A DNA stretch of 64,000 nt from Blastocatellia bacterium (GTDB lineage: Bacteria > Acidobacteriota > Blastocatellia > Pyrinomonadales > Pyrinomonadaceae). The first letter of the stretch is position 1. Each line of letters begins with the position of its first letter. This document shows positions 1 to 9,643 of the stretch, one piece after another. The notes under the pieces were generated by a model. The model was not told the DNA's origin and searched no databases. It was given only the letters and a program-made list of their open reading frames with translations. Position numbers and translations under genes: made by a program. Location: assembly GCA_040289905.1 (NCBI GenBank), contig PSMA01000012.1:374-64373 (forward strand), in the 5' to 3' direction.

Positions 1-220
1 AACGTCGGCGTACATCCGCTTCTGCTTCGCATTCTCTTCCTCTAGCTCCCGCAAACGCTTGATCGCCGCCGCCGTCATTCCTCCAGACTTCGACTTCCAG
101 TTGAAATATGTCGATTCCGAGATCCCGTTCTCTCGGCAAACTTCTGCCACCATCCGCCGAGGTCTCATCCGCTTTCAATATCCCTAAAACCTGCCTCTCA
201 CTTAACCTACTTCGCTTCAT
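1..220 (-). mobile_element. IS3-family transposase OrfA (IS2/IS407-like HTH protein). 5' part only, runs off the window edge, and the reading frame is broken.
   Basis: The reverse strand from ATG 220-218 (GAGGAGG just upstream) reads MKRSRLSERQVLGILKADETS. The recognisable continuation MVAEVCRENGISESTYFNWKSKSGGMTAAAIKRLRELEEENAKQKRMYADV lies in another frame, with the switch near 150-165. It is absent from the ORF track because it leaves the window. Confidence 0.6.
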
Positions 221-432
221 CCTCGGCCTCCTCGTAAACCTTACCAGCGACGGAAATCTCCATTTTTCCCCCAGCACCATTCTATGGAATGCTTAGAGCT
301 GCTTTCGGCAAATCTCAATCGATCGGGTTCGTTGCAATGGGAGACTTTTTTTATTTCGTTTCATTAAACCATTCCAGCAAGGGCTGCGTTAGAAACTGCT
401 CTGTAAAAAATGCGGAAATTGGGCAGATTTAT

Positions 433-469
433 TTTCACTTGTTGCACAGATGGTATATACTTGCAACAA
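433..469 (+). promoter_or_regulatory. Candidate sigma70-type promoter TTTCAC-N17-TATACT overlapped by the inverted repeat TTGTTGCA-N15-TGCAACAA. Possible repressor (SOS-type) operator for the imuA operon.
   Basis: Read directly: -35-like 433-438 and -10-like 456-461. The perfect 8-bp inverted repeat arms are at 439-446 and 462-469, about 40 nt upstream of the imuA ATG. No LexA-box consensus for this lineage is known to me. Confidence 0.3.
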
Positions 470-510
470 CGCAACTCTATTGTGACGAGTTGTAAAAGCC
501 GTAATACTAT

Positions 511-1158
511 ATGCCGCCGTTGAGCATTGTAAAAACACTCTCGTACCTACAGGAAGAGCAGAAAGCGGGCCGGCAATATTTGGAAGTGGCGGGCTTGCGG
601 CTACTTCGGGGCAGCATTGCCGAATTTACGGGGCCGCAGAGCTCGGGTAAAACTAGCCTTGCTTTGGCTATTTTGGCTCATATGACTATGGACGGCGAGA
701 TTTGTTCAATTATTGATTTGAATAATTCGTTCGATCCCGAATCGGCTAGGTTAAGCGGAGCAGTATTTTCAAATGTTTTATGGATCCGCTGTGGCGGCAA
801 TATAGAAAATGCCTTTACTGCAGCAGATTTTCTTTTGCAAGCAAATGGTTTTGGGTTGGTCTGGCTTAATTTTTTCGGGGTACAAAACGGCGAATTACGA
901 AAAGTCCCGCGCTCGTACTGGTACCGTTTCCGGGTCAAAATACGCGATACAAAGACCATCTTGATTGTGACAAACGAACAGTCTGTGGCCGGATCTGCTG
1001 CCGAGTCGAGGTTTTATGCCGATCCATATCGAGTCTCATGGAAAGGAGCTGGGCGATTCAAATTGATTAAAGAACTGCAGCTAAATTTAAATGGTCAAAA
1101 AGAGTGTGTTTTTAGGCCAGAATTTGTGGGCATAAAGGCGGATTACATCAATGAATAA
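511..1158 (+). CDS. imuA: ImuA-like protein (RecA/SulA-fold accessory factor of the mutagenesis cassette)
   Basis: 215 aa with the P-loop-like GPQSSGKTS. It overlaps the next gene by 8 nt and sits first in the canonical imuA-imuB-dnaE2 order. Confidence 0.7.
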   Translation: MPPLSIVKTLSYLQEEQKAGRQYLEVAGLRLLRGSIAEFTGPQSSGKTSLALAILAHMTMDGEICSIIDLNNSFDPESARLSGAVFSNVLWIRCGGNIENAFTAADFLLQANGFGLVWLNFFGVQNGELRKVPRSYWYRFRVKIRDTKTILIVTNEQSVAGSAAESRFYADPYRVSWKGAGRFKLIKELQLNLNGQKECVFRPEFVGIKADYINE

Positions 1159-2410
1159 GCTCTATGCTTGCATCACAGTCTCCGGCGATGAAAAGCAGGT
1201 ATTCTCGGCCGTCGAGGTCGCAAAAAGATTCGCCTATCGGATAGAGGTGTCCGAATGCACTGTTTTGTTTGATATCAGCGGTCTTGAGAAAAGAATCGGA
1301 AGCCCGAAACGGATTGCCGCGGCCATATCTCAGGCAATGAAAGACTTTGGGTTAAAAGGAACAATCGCTATTGCTCCGGATGCGGGTATTGCGGAATTAC
1401 ACGCACGCTCGCAAGACGGCATTACCGTCATAGAATCGGAATCAAACAAACCGCTCGCATTGGAGGCAACAGGAATCGGGGGAGATACGCTTAGTGTATT
1501 CCGATCTCTCGGTTTTGAGACAACGGAAGATGTTGCCCGGCTGCCCGAAGATCAATTGATCGAGAGATACGGCCCGCAATTCAGGAAAATTTTAGATATT
1601 GTTAATGGAAACAGTGGGCGGATTTTAACTTCGAACTTGGAAGAGAATTTTGTCAGCTGGGATTATAAACTTGATTTTCCTATCGAAGATTTCGGCCAGC
1701 TAATTTTCATTCTCGGGCACGGGCTTGGAAGCGTTCTTCGTGAAATAGAAAAAAAGGCTTATAGCACGGAAAAGGTCGAAGCTGTTTTCCAATTGGAAAA
1801 TGGCGAGGTTGCAAGCTATTGCTTAAAACTATCTTTTCCAACATTGAATCAGAAATTCTGGCTACGGCTTATCAATCTCCGGATAAGTAAGCAGCCGCCC
1901 GCAGCCGGCATTGTCTCAATCCGCCTTATATGCCACTTTGCGGCGCAAAGATCAATCGCGCGCGGGCTATTTTCTGCCTCGCAGCCGGAGCCGGAAGACC
2001 TTCTGGTAACGATTGCAAAGATAAAGAATCTTGTCGGCGAGGATAATGTAGGCGTACCGGTTTTACTTAATCAGCGGCTTCCGGAGGCATTTGTTCTCGA
2101 CAGTGAAAAAGTTCCAGTCGGAAAAAAATCGGATGAGTTTTCCGATTCGAGACCGACGTTGGCATTCTCATATTTTCGTCCGCCGCTGCGGGCCGATGTC
2201 CATATTTCCAGCAATAAACTTGCGAGGATAAAAACGCGATATTTTTCCGCTGCAGTCATTGCGTATAGTGGCGTATGGGTGAATTCTTCCAGCTGGTGGA
2301 CAAGGGAGTACTGGCAAAAGATGGAATGGGACGTAGAACTTGAGGGACACAGGTTGTTGCGCTTAGCCCTAACGCGGGACGGATGGTTTGTAACCGGCGG
2401 TTACGATTGA
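1151..2410 (+). CDS. imuB: ImuB, Y-family-polymerase-like protein
   Basis: 419 aa. The N-terminus (MNKLYACITVSGD) resembles a Y-family polymerase without the usual D-x-D-x-F catalytic start motif, as expected for ImuB. It lies between imuA and dnaE2. Confidence 0.7.
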   Translation: MNKLYACITVSGDEKQVFSAVEVAKRFAYRIEVSECTVLFDISGLEKRIGSPKRIAAAISQAMKDFGLKGTIAIAPDAGIAELHARSQDGITVIESESNKPLALEATGIGGDTLSVFRSLGFETTEDVARLPEDQLIERYGPQFRKILDIVNGNSGRILTSNLEENFVSWDYKLDFPIEDFGQLIFILGHGLGSVLREIEKKAYSTEKVEAVFQLENGEVASYCLKLSFPTLNQKFWLRLINLRISKQPPAAGIVSIRLICHFAAQRSIARGLFSASQPEPEDLLVTIAKIKNLVGEDNVGVPVLLNQRLPEAFVLDSEKVPVGKKSDEFSDSRPTLAFSYFRPPLRADVHISSNKLARIKTRYFSAAVIAYSGVWVNSSSWWTREYWQKMEWDVELEGHRLLRLALTRDGWFVTGGYD

Positions 2411-2440
2411 TTTTTAGTTAAGTAAATTAGAGGCTTAAAG

Positions 2441-5400
2441 ATGTTTTGCGAATTGCATACACGTTCGGCGTTTAGCTTTCTGGCTTCTGGCTCCCTTCCG
2501 GAAACAATGGCTGAAAATGCAGCGCACCTTGGAATTCCTGCTATAGGTTTACTGGATCGCGATTCAGTGTCCGGCGCGGTTCGTTTTCATTTTGCGTCCA
2601 GGGAAAATGGTGTAAAACCGATAATCGGTTCAGAGATCACGATGGAAGACGGCTCGCTTTTGCCGCTTATTCCAATTGATTTGTCAGGATACCGCAATTT
2701 ATGCCGTTTGATAACGAAAGTTAAATTACGTTCGCCAAAAGGAGAACATTTCGCGACTCGCCGCGACATAGAAGATTATTCCAAAGGGATTATTTGTCTG
2801 ACGGGCGGCTCGGACGGCTTTATACACAAAAGCATTTCCCGCGGAGACGGCCTGAAAGATTTGGCGTGGCTTAATTATGTATTTGAAAATCGCCTTTATG
2901 TTGAATTGCAGCGTCATTATCTAAAGGCCGAAGAGGATGTAAATCAAGATCTGCTCGGTTTAGCGCATAAAATGCATCTGCCGGTAATTGCCAGTAATGG
3001 CGCATATTATGCCGATAGGAAGGATAGAGAGCTCTATGACGTTTTTACCTGTATTAAAAACCGGACAACTATTTACCATGCCGGAAAGCTGCTTTCCGCA
3101 AATGCCGAAAGATACTTAAAAGACCAAAGAGCAATGCTCCGGCTTTTCGAGGAAATGCCGGAAACGGTCGAACGAACGCAGGAAATTGCCGATAGGATTG
3201 TCTTTTCGATGGACGACGTCGGCTACACTTTCCCGGACTATCCGGTTCCGGCAGGCGAGACGCCAGATTCTCTACTCCGCAGCCTTTCGGAAAAAGGTGC
3301 TATTGAGCGTTACGGCGAACTGACGCCAAAGGTAAAGGCAAAATTGGATCACGAGCTGGCTCTGATAGCAAAACTGAAGCTGGCGGGCTATTTTTTGCTT
3401 GTTTGGGATATATCGCATTTTTGCAAATCGAATGGAATTTTGTCGCAGGGGCGAGGATCGGCCGCAAATTCGGTGGTATGCTACGCGCTTGGGATCACCG
3501 CTGTTGATCCAATAGAGGGCGAACTGCTCTTTGAGCGTTTTTTATCTGAAGAGCGCGGCGAATATCCGGACATAGACATAGATTTGCCGTCAGGAGGCGA
3601 CAGAGAAAAAGTAATTCAGTATGTCTATGAAAAATACGGCCGCCGCGGGGCTGCAATGACTGCAAATGTAATTACGTATCGCGGTCGTTCGGCAATTCGC
3701 GAAGTCGGAAAAGTGTTTGGTTTTTCTGAGGATATTCTTGGTCCACTCTCAAAATCCATTTCACATTATGGCATTTCGGATTTCGGCGAAATGCTTAAAA
3801 GGTTTGAAGAATCCGGCTTGGATATACGGACTGATTTTCGTGTCCGTAAGTTCATTGAGCTTTATACGCAGATACTCGATTTCCCGCGTCACCTAGGGCA
3901 GCATTCAGGTGGAATGATCCTGCTGCCTGACGGATTGGATGCTGTTGTACCGATCGAGCCTGCGTCAATGGAGGGCCGGACGATCATTCAATGGGATAAG
4001 GATGATTGTGAGCGGCTTGGAATTATAAAAGTTGATTTATTGGGGCTGGGGATGATGGCGGTGCTCCGCGATACGCTGCGATTGATTGAGAAACATCGCA
4101 GAGAAAAAGTGGATTTGGCAAAAATTCCAAAAGATGATCCGCAAGTCTATGACGCTCTGCAAACCGGTGACACAATAGGTATGTTTCAGGTAGAAAGCAG
4201 AGCACAGATAAATTTTTTGCCCAAATCTCGACCCCGCTGTTTTTATGACATCGTTGTGCAGGTTGCGATAATTCGGCCTGGGCCGATCGTCGGGAAAATG
4301 CTGAGTCATTATATCCGTCGAAGGCAGGGAATCGAGGAAATAGATTATATACATCCATGGCTGGAAGGTGTGTTACGGCGGACGCTTGGAGTACCGCTTT
4401 TTCAAGAACAGCTTTTACGAATGTCAATGATTATGGCCGGATTTACCGGCGGACAGGCTGAGGAATTACGCCGGGCTATGGGTTTCAAGCGTGCCGATAA
4501 GCGCCTTGCGAAAATAGAAAAAAATCTACGTGACGGGATGACGCTGCGCGGAATAGAGAAACAGATCCAGGACCGGATTGTTGAAAATATCGTCGCTTTT
4601 GCGAACTATGGGTTTCCTGAATCTCATGCGGCAAGTTTTGCTCTTCTTGCATATGCTTCGGCATATCTAAAGGTTCATTATCTCGCGGAGTTTACCGCTT
4701 CAATGCTGAACAATTATCCTCTCGGTTTTTATTCACCGGCAACTTTGATTAAGGACGCTCAGCGACATGGTCTTCGATTTCGTCATTTAGATGTAAACTA
4801 TTCGGACTATCTGTTTACAATTGAAGATGGCGCAGTGCGAATCGGGTTAAAGTATGTCAAGGGCCTCCGCAGAGAAGTTGCTGAAGCGATAGTTGCGGCT
4901 CGGACATCTGTGGATGGAGGGTATAGACCGTATAACTCGGTAGACGAACTGGTTCGAAGGGTGCCACTTATAAACAAAAAAGAAATTCGAGCATTGTCGT
5001 TGGCCGGAGCTCTTACCTTCGGCCGGAGGCTTCATCGCCGGAAAGCATTGTGGTTCAGTGAACTGGCGATCAGGCCAAAAGGAGAATTATTCAGCAGGTA
5101 TGAAACTGCTGATATTGGCTACGGATATGATAACAACGACAATGATCTATCTGCGGAAGTGATTCGGCCGATGACCGAGTGGCAGGCGATGGAAGCTGAT
5201 ATCGGCAGTATGGGCATAACGATCGGCAAACACCCACTGGCATTTCTTCGTCACGAGCTTGATAAAAGAGGTGTTTTTTCTGCTGCCCAAATTGGCGGTT
5301 TGTCAAAAGCAGAGATAGTAGCCGTCGCCGGCGCAGTAATCGTTAGACAGCGTCCCAGCACGGGAAACAGCGTAGTATTTATTACGATGGAAGATGAGAC

Positions 5401-5578
5401 GGGACACTCCAACTTTATCGTAATGCCGGATGTATTCGAACGTTTTCGCCGTGTAATAATTAACAATTCGTTTTTGCTGATTAAAGGTATGGTCGAAGAT
5501 GGTCGAATGATAAAGGCCTTGTATTTTGAGCCAATCGGCGATTTTATGACGTCGATACCATCGCATGATTTTCACTAG
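2441..5578 (+). CDS. dnaE2: Error-prone DNA polymerase DnaE2 (ImuC)
   Basis: 1045 aa with an N-terminal PHP domain (FCELHTRSAFSFL) and Pol III alpha core motifs (GIIKVDLLGLGMM, MFQVESR). The size is typical of DnaE2 rather than DnaE1. Confidence 0.9.
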   Translation: MFCELHTRSAFSFLASGSLPETMAENAAHLGIPAIGLLDRDSVSGAVRFHFASRENGVKPIIGSEITMEDGSLLPLIPIDLSGYRNLCRLITKVKLRSPKGEHFATRRDIEDYSKGIICLTGGSDGFIHKSISRGDGLKDLAWLNYVFENRLYVELQRHYLKAEEDVNQDLLGLAHKMHLPVIASNGAYYADRKDRELYDVFTCIKNRTTIYHAGKLLSANAERYLKDQRAMLRLFEEMPETVERTQEIADRIVFSMDDVGYTFPDYPVPAGETPDSLLRSLSEKGAIERYGELTPKVKAKLDHELALIAKLKLAGYFLLVWDISHFCKSNGILSQGRGSAANSVVCYALGITAVDPIEGELLFERFLSEERGEYPDIDIDLPSGGDREKVIQYVYEKYGRRGAAMTANVITYRGRSAIREVGKVFGFSEDILGPLSKSISHYGISDFGEMLKRFEESGLDIRTDFRVRKFIELYTQILDFPRHLGQHSGGMILLPDGLDAVVPIEPASMEGRTIIQWDKDDCERLGIIKVDLLGLGMMAVLRDTLRLIEKHRREKVDLAKIPKDDPQVYDALQTGDTIGMFQVESRAQINFLPKSRPRCFYDIVVQVAIIRPGPIVGKMLSHYIRRRQGIEEIDYIHPWLEGVLRRTLGVPLFQEQLLRMSMIMAGFTGGQAEELRRAMGFKRADKRLAKIEKNLRDGMTLRGIEKQIQDRIVENIVAFANYGFPESHAASFALLAYASAYLKVHYLAEFTASMLNNYPLGFYSPATLIKDAQRHGLRFRHLDVNYSDYLFTIEDGAVRIGLKYVKGLRREVAEAIVAARTSVDGGYRPYNSVDELVRRVPLINKKEIRALSLAGALTFGRRLHRRKALWFSELAIRPKGELFSRYETADIGYGYDNNDNDLSAEVIRPMTEWQAMEADIGSMGITIGKHPLAFLRHELDKRGVFSAAQIGGLSKAEIVAVAGAVIVRQRPSTGNSVVFITMEDETGHSNFIVMPDVFERFRRVIINNSFLLIKGMVEDGRMIKALYFEPIGDFMTSIPSHDFH

Positions 5579-5584
5579 CAATCT

Positions 5585-6193
5585 ATGTGCGGCAGATATA
5601 AATTAAACGCGCGTTTTGAGGACGTGCAAAAATATTTCGATTTAATCGACGGCGATACCGAATTTGAACCGCGAGACGAGATATTTCCAGGAACAGATAT
5701 CTTCGTGGTTAAACGCGGCCGTGTCCCCACCAATGTATTCTGGACCATTACCGAACGCGATTCGAAAGGTGTCTTGCGACGAGTGATAAATGCGAAAAGC
5801 GAGACCGCTCATGTCGTACCGATGTTTCGTGATGCTCTTCGCAATGGACGTATTTTGATACCGGCAACCGGATTCTATGAATGGAAGGAGTTACCGGATA
5901 AACGAAAGGAGAAATATGCATTCGAATATGCCGATCCTCTGTTTGCCTTTGCGGGTATTGCGCGAAAATGTGAGGTGGGCGGCAAAGAGCGCGAATGTGG
6001 TGTAATTCTAACTACCGAAGCGAATAACGTGGTACGTGAAATACACACAAAAAATCGAATGCCGGTAATTCTACGAAGAGAGGATTACGAGAAATGGCTC
6101 GATCCGGAAACGCCGCTCGACGATCTGAAAAGTATTATGCAGCCCGTGCACGACGATGAGATCAAGGCGTATCAGGTAGAAAAGAGCAAGTAG
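5585..6193 (+). CDS. SOS response-associated peptidase (SRAP/YedK family, abasic-site processing protein)
   Basis: 202 aa starting MCGRY (catalytic Cys2) with a conserved HTKNRMPVIL region. It follows the dnaE2 stop after only 6 nt. Confidence 0.85.
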   Translation: MCGRYKLNARFEDVQKYFDLIDGDTEFEPRDEIFPGTDIFVVKRGRVPTNVFWTITERDSKGVLRRVINAKSETAHVVPMFRDALRNGRILIPATGFYEWKELPDKRKEKYAFEYADPLFAFAGIARKCEVGGKERECGVILTTEANNVVREIHTKNRMPVILRREDYEKWLDPETPLDDLKSIMQPVHDDEIKAYQVEKSK

Positions 6194-6231
6194 TAGCAGT
6201 TTACTTGTAAATTCAAATAAAATGATTTAAG

Positions 6232-6879
6232 TTAGCTGGGATTTTGCCTAGCGTTGTTAACCGCCGCCGAATCGTAACGAAGCCGGCCGTAGTCGGTTAT
6301 GGCCGCGCGAATCACTTCATAAGACGCCTCCCGTCCGTACGAGTATGCAATTTCGCACTTATTTTGTTCATCGGGAAACGATTTGTACGTAAGAAAATAG
6401 TGAGCGAATCGCTCGAGTATACCTCTCGGCAATTCAGAAATTTCACTGAATTCTTCGAAGACCTTATCGCCCTTTAGAACAGCGATGATTTTGTCGTCAG
6501 CCTCGTTATTATCGATTAGGCAAAATCCGCCGATTGGGCGAGCTTTTAGCAGGATGTCGCCGCGCGGGATGTGATGCTCGCTCAATACTAGAATATCGAG
6601 CGGATCCCCATCGCCGCCTGTGATCGGAATCGACGTTTTCGAACGGGCAAGATTTGCGATAGTCTCCGAGCAAAAAGTTTGCGGAATGAATCCGTAATTT
6701 GCCGGTACGACGTTGGAATATTGTTGTGGACGATCGATTTTCAAATAACCGGTTTCCTTATCGACTTCGTATTTGACAGTATCGCCTGGAACAATCTCAA
6801 TGAAAACGGTGACCTCCTCGGGCGCGGTATCGCCGATAGGTACGCCGTGCCAGGGATGCGCTTTTTCCAAATGAAGCAT
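6232..6879 (-). CDS. ppa: Inorganic pyrophosphatase, family I (long form)
   Basis: 215 aa with the motifs HPWHG, VFIEIVPGDTVKYEVDKETG and GDGDPLDILVL. Confidence 0.85.
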   Translation of the reverse strand: MLHLEKAHPWHGVPIGDTAPEEVTVFIEIVPGDTVKYEVDKETGYLKIDRPQQYSNVVPANYGFIPQTFCSETIANLARSKTSIPITGGDGDPLDILVLSEHHIPRGDILLKARPIGGFCLIDNNEADDKIIAVLKGDKVFEEFSEISELPRGILERFAHYFLTYKSFPDEQNKCEIAYSYGREASYEVIRAAITDYGRLRYDSAAVNNARQNPS

Positions 6880-6910
6880 AGTTTTAGTATTATTTACGAA
6901 CGTTCGATAA

Positions 6911-7480
6911 ATGTCTAACGTTATAGAAATCCGGGAAAATGGTGAAATCGTTTTAATACGTTTTATTCATCCTGAGCTCAAAAATCCGCTCTCGGGCGAT
7001 GTTCTGCAGGCAATCGACAGATGTATCGACAAGCTTGACTCGAAAACGCAGAAATTAATTTTCACCGGTACTGGCGATTGTTTCGCTTCCGGGGCAAATC
7101 TCCGCGAAATAGCGGCCGTAAGTGGTAAAGACGCCGTCGGTTTTGCTACTCGTGGCCAAAATCTAATGCGAAAGATCGTCGCGATACGAGCAGTCGCAGC
7201 GATTAACGGCATTTGCTACGGTGGAGCTCTGGATCTTGCGTTGGCATGCCGTCGACGAATTGCGGCGCCGCAGGCGGAATTTTGCCATCCGGGGCCTCGG
7301 CTCGGAATAATGACAGGCTGGGGCGGAACGCAACGGCTTCCACGACTCGTTGGAGAATCGGCAGCACTTGAAATGTTTCTGACCGCTGAACCGATAAATG
7401 CAGAAAAGGCCTTGAAGATCGGATTAGTGGACCAAATCTCGCCGGATCCAATAGGAGCAGCAATAAGTTCGACAATCTAG
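6911..7480 (+). CDS. Enoyl-CoA hydratase/isomerase (crotonase) family protein, short form
   Basis: 189 aa with a crotonase core (FTGTGDCFASGANL, INGICYGGALDLALAC). It lacks the usual C-terminal helical extension. Confidence 0.6.
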   Translation: MSNVIEIRENGEIVLIRFIHPELKNPLSGDVLQAIDRCIDKLDSKTQKLIFTGTGDCFASGANLREIAAVSGKDAVGFATRGQNLMRKIVAIRAVAAINGICYGGALDLALACRRRIAAPQAEFCHPGPRLGIMTGWGGTQRLPRLVGESAALEMFLTAEPINAEKALKIGLVDQISPDPIGAAISSTI

Positions 7481-7495
7481 GTTCGAGTGCTCCGA

Positions 7496-8440
7496 TCACG
7501 GCATTTTGAATTTAATCTCGACGTCCGGTTTGGAAAACTCCGAGTAAAGAATTTCGATTCGGGCTTCTCGGGACATCTCAAAACGTTTTCTTAGTGGACG
7601 GAAAAGATCGATTAAAATCCGCTGCGGCGTCAGAATGCCGAAACCACTGTCGCGAAATGTAAATTCTGCGTGCTGAATAACGGAGCGTTTTTGTGTTTTA
7701 TAATTTAGGACGCTAAACTCCCGAATCTCACGGCGTAAGCGAAACGTATCGCGATCGATCCACAAGGAAGCTCGAAGCCGCAAGTCGCCGAGGTGCTCCG
7801 TCTGGCCGTCCGAATCGATATCAGCAGCAACGTTGCTATCGGGTCGAGCGCCTGGTCGGGATAGGCGAATAGCATCGGTTGCAAAGTTCTGTTCACAATA
7901 GATCCGAATGGTTCGGTGTCCATCTAAAATCTCATCTCCGACTTCATCGTAACGAAAAAAGTTTCGTAAATTTTCGAAAAGACAAATTCCGGGTGATGTT
8001 GTATACCCGATGACCTCGACGGGATCGAACCGGAGACTTTCCTTTTGTATCTGCTGTCTTAGGTGGGCATCATTTTGCGACCGCGCGATTTTTTCGAAAA
8101 AGGATTCTGCGCGTTTTTCCGCATCTGCGACCGGCTTATTGTCTACGGCAATGATGTGCCGAAATTCTTCCGCCGAATTTGGATTCTGGGCCAATGGAAA
8201 GACGATGAAGATTGAAATCACTTGGCGCCGCATTTTTAGGTGACCCGCAGAATCGAAAATCTCGAACCCGCGCGTTTCGGTCGCAGTCAGATTTCGAAAT
8301 GTTATCTGATACTCGCGAAGAGCGGCGAGAGCGGAACTTAGAACGTCCGCAGCGTTCGGCAACTCTTGCGAAAAAACGAAAGCTGGCAAGCAGCAAATAG
8401 CAAGCAGAAAGAGTAGGGAAATGACAGCTAAGCGTTTCAC
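7496..8440 (-). CDS. Hypothetical secreted protein
   Basis: 314 aa with an N-terminal signal-like segment (MKRLAVISLLFLLAICCLPAFVFSQ). I recognise no family motif. Confidence 0.4.
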   Translation of the reverse strand: MKRLAVISLLFLLAICCLPAFVFSQELPNAADVLSSALAALREYQITFRNLTATETRGFEIFDSAGHLKMRRQVISIFIVFPLAQNPNSAEEFRHIIAVDNKPVADAEKRAESFFEKIARSQNDAHLRQQIQKESLRFDPVEVIGYTTSPGICLFENLRNFFRYDEVGDEILDGHRTIRIYCEQNFATDAIRLSRPGARPDSNVAADIDSDGQTEHLGDLRLRASLWIDRDTFRLRREIREFSVLNYKTQKRSVIQHAEFTFRDSGFGILTPQRILIDLFRPLRKRFEMSREARIEILYSEFSKPDVEIKFKMP

Positions 8441-8525
8441 TATCGGATTTTAGCAAAATTCGCTAATATTTTATCGACTGCTGGATCGAAAAACATTCAA
8501 TTAAGATTGCCTGGCGATAAGTTTT

Positions 8526-8870
8526 ATGAAAATTCAACTAAAGGAATTAGCACATTCGCGAAGCGGCGACAAGGGCGATACAGCCAACATTGGACTGATT
8601 GCGCTACGTCCCGAGTATTATGCGTTACTCGTTAGAACGGTCACGGCTGAGGCAGTGAAAGAGCATTTCGGACCTATTGTAAAAGGCAATGTCGAGCGTT
8701 TCGAGCTGCCAAATCTCAGTGCGCTCAACTTTTTGCTTCATCGATCGCTTGGCGGCGGTGGGACGTTGAGCCTAATGACCGACGCACAGGGCAAGACATT
8801 CTCCACAGCGCTTTTACGGATGTGGATCGAGCTTTCGCCCGAAGAGGCATCGAGCGTCGGGCTAGGATAA
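8526..8870 (+). CDS. DUF4387-like protein (equivalent to the AtuA C-terminal region)
   Basis: 114 aa with the motifs AHSRSGDKGDTANIGL and LGGGGTLSLMTDAQGK, typical of the small partner of DUF1446/AtuA proteins (from memory). Confidence 0.55.
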   Translation: MKIQLKELAHSRSGDKGDTANIGLIALRPEYYALLVRTVTAEAVKEHFGPIVKGNVERFELPNLSALNFLLHRSLGGGGTLSLMTDAQGKTFSTALLRMWIELSPEEASSVGLG

Positions 8871-8875
8871 AGTAG

Positions 8876-9643
8876 ATGCAAGAGGAAATCGTTTTAAAAA
8901 GAATCGAACAAGGCGTATTTATAATTACGCTCAATCGGCCCGAAAAGCGCAATGCTCTCAACGACGAATTGATTTCGGCCTTAAAACGCGCTCTTGACGA
9001 CGCGGCTGCCGACGTCAAGTCGGCTTCGGTGATGATACAAGGTGCGGGAAAAGATTTTTGTTCCGGAGCTGATTTAGCTTCGCTTGAGAAAATCGCTTCT
9101 GCATCGCTCGAGGAAAATCTTTTGGATGCGCGGAATCTCGCTGATCTATTCTTAAAAATCCGCTCGATTGAAAAGCCGGTGATTGCCGCGGTTCACGGTA
9201 AAGCATTGGCCGGCGGTTGCGGCCTTGCGACCAGTTGCGATCTGATTGTTTCATCCGAATCTGCTGTTTTCGGTTATCCAGAGGTAAAAATTGGTTTTGT
9301 CCCTGCAATCGTAATGGCATTCTTGCGTCGGAATGTCTCGGAAAAAAAAGCTTTCGAGCTTGCAACGTCGGGCAGGGAATTTACGGCAGCCGAAGCGGCC
9401 TCTGTTGGTCTTGTAAACCGGATTTTCGAGGATGCAAAATTTCTCGATGAGAGTATGAAATTTTCGGCGGAATACGCAAAGGTAAGCCGGAGCGCGGTCG
9501 CAATGACGAAGCGACTGCTCTACAAGATTGACTATGCGGACCTTTTATCAGCAGTAAATGATGGAATCGCAGTCAACGCGCGTGCTCGAATGAGCGAGGA
9601 CTGCCAAAACGGCATCCGGCGATTTCTCGAAAAGCGGTTATAA
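8876..9643 (+). CDS. Enoyl-CoA hydratase/isomerase family protein
   Basis: 255 aa, full-length crotonase fold (LNRPEKRNAL, GAGKDFCSGADL, AAVHGKALAGGCGLA). Confidence 0.75.
   Translation: MQEEIVLKRIEQGVFIITLNRPEKRNALNDELISALKRALDDAAADVKSASVMIQGAGKDFCSGADLASLEKIASASLEENLLDARNLADLFLKIRSIEKPVIAAVHGKALAGGCGLATSCDLIVSSESAVFGYPEVKIGFVPAIVMAFLRRNVSEKKAFELATSGREFTAAEAASVGLVNRIFEDAKFLDESMKFSAEYAKVSRSAVAMTKRLLYKIDYADLLSAVNDGIAVNARARMSEDCQNGIRRFLEKRL

Noticed and set aside
150-165. The frame switch in the IS3 orfA read as the programmed -1 frameshift of IS3 elements.
   Set aside because: Programmed OrfAB frameshifting occurs at an A-rich slippery heptamer near the 3' end of orfA. This break is in the N-terminal HTH, about codon 20, and has no slippery motif.
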